From: Halorhodospira halophila SL1
GTDB taxonomy: Bacteria > Pseudomonadota > Gammaproteobacteria > Nitrococcales > Halorhodospiraceae
Assembly: GCF_000015585.1 (NCBI RefSeq)
Contig: NC_008789.1
Span: 2,220,001-2,252,000, forward strand
Length of the DNA stretch: 32,000 nucleotides
Direction of reading: 5' to 3'
The notes below the pieces were generated by a model that saw only the letters and a program-made list of their open reading frames with translations, searched no databases and was not told where the DNA came from. Both the position numbers and the translations under genes were made by a program. This document shows positions 31,511 to 32,000 of this stretch, piece by piece. The first letter of the stretch is position 1. Each line of letters begins with the position of its first letter.

Positions 31511-32000
31511 ATGAGCGAGATCGTCCTCGTTGCCATCGTCGGCCGCAACGGCGTCATCGGTGCCGACGGTGACCAGCCGTGGCACTTCCGCTGCGACCTG
31601 CAGCGCTTCAAGGCGCTGACCCGCGGCCACCCGGTGATCATGGGCCGGCGCACCCTCGCCGCCATCGGCCGCCCACTGCCCCAGCGCACCAACATCGTCC
31701 TCACCCGCGACCCCGGCTTCCACGCCGACGGCGTGGAGGTGGCCACCGACCCGGAGGCCGCCCTGGCCCGGGCCGCGGAGAGCGCCGGCGGCGAGCGGGT
31801 GATGATCCTCGGCGGCGGGGACGTCTACCGGCTCTTCCTGCCCCGGGCCCACCGCCTGGCGCTCACCGAGGTGGACGACGCCCCGCCCGGCGACACCACC
31901 TTCCCGGCCATCGGCCCGGAGTGGCAGGAGACCGCCCGGGAAGAGGCGGAGGAGGACGGCTACCGCCTGACCTTCCGCACCCTGCTGCGCACCACCGACG
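31511..32000 (+). CDS. folA: Dihydrofolate reductase (3' end runs off the window; not in the ORF track because no stop is reached)
   Basis: ATG at 31511, 16 nt after the thyA stop. Translation is MSEIVLVAIVGRNGVIGADGDQPWHFRCDLQRFKALTRGHPVIMGRRTLAAIGRPLPQRTNIVLTRDP...VMILGGGDVYRLFLP, collinear with E. coli FolA. Confidence 0.9.
   Translation, partial: MSEIVLVAIVGRNGVIGADGDQPWHFRCDLQRFKALTRGHPVIMGRRTLAAIGRPLPQRTNIVLTRDPGFHADGVEVATDPEAALARAAESAGGERVMILGGGDVYRLFLPRAHRLALTEVDDAPPGDTTFPAIGPEWQETAREEAEEDGYRLTFRTLLRTTD

Overview
GC-rich (roughly two-thirds G+C by eye) gammaproteobacterial chromosome segment. The acidic proteins and a seven-gene Mrp/Mnh antiporter operon suggest a haloalkaliphile of the Ectothiorhodospiraceae type, but that is inference only. 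Coding density is very high: 34 CDS, many joined by ATGA/GTGA start-stop overlaps. I found no tRNA, rRNA, CRISPR array, IS element, integrase or phage gene. Most of the window is conserved core genome. On the + strand: CBS protein, PomA/MotA-like and MotB/OmpA-like stator pair, rhomboid protease, short PilB/GspE ATPase, PilC/GspF platform, PilD prepilin peptidase, CoaE, ZapD. On the - strand: MutT-ThiE-like Nudix fusion, ArgJ, SecA. Then DciA/DUF721 (+), mnhGFEDCBA (-), a DUF1631-like protein coupled to a PlsC-family acyltransferase (+), and porin, Lgt, two tandem paralogous small beta-barrel OMPs, NadC and RlmI (-). The + strand ends the window with an SH3/coiled-coil membrane protein, ArgE, ArgA, ThyA and FolA (3' end truncated). 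I do not see a clear, self-contained novel system such as a defence island or a mobile element. The best candidates for a second look are: (1) the tightly spaced co-directional string CBS-stator pair-rhomboid-minimal PilBCD, which has no flagellar or pilin genes nearby; (2) the tandem pair of unclassified acidic small OMPs with a 330-nt GC-rich leader; (3) a short DUF1631-like protein translationally coupled to an acyltransferase; (4) an 11-bp perfect inverted repeat plus CCGG palindromes in the divergent mnhA/DUF1631 intergenic region. The many long antisense or alternative-frame ORFs in the ORF track are treated as high-GC artefacts.
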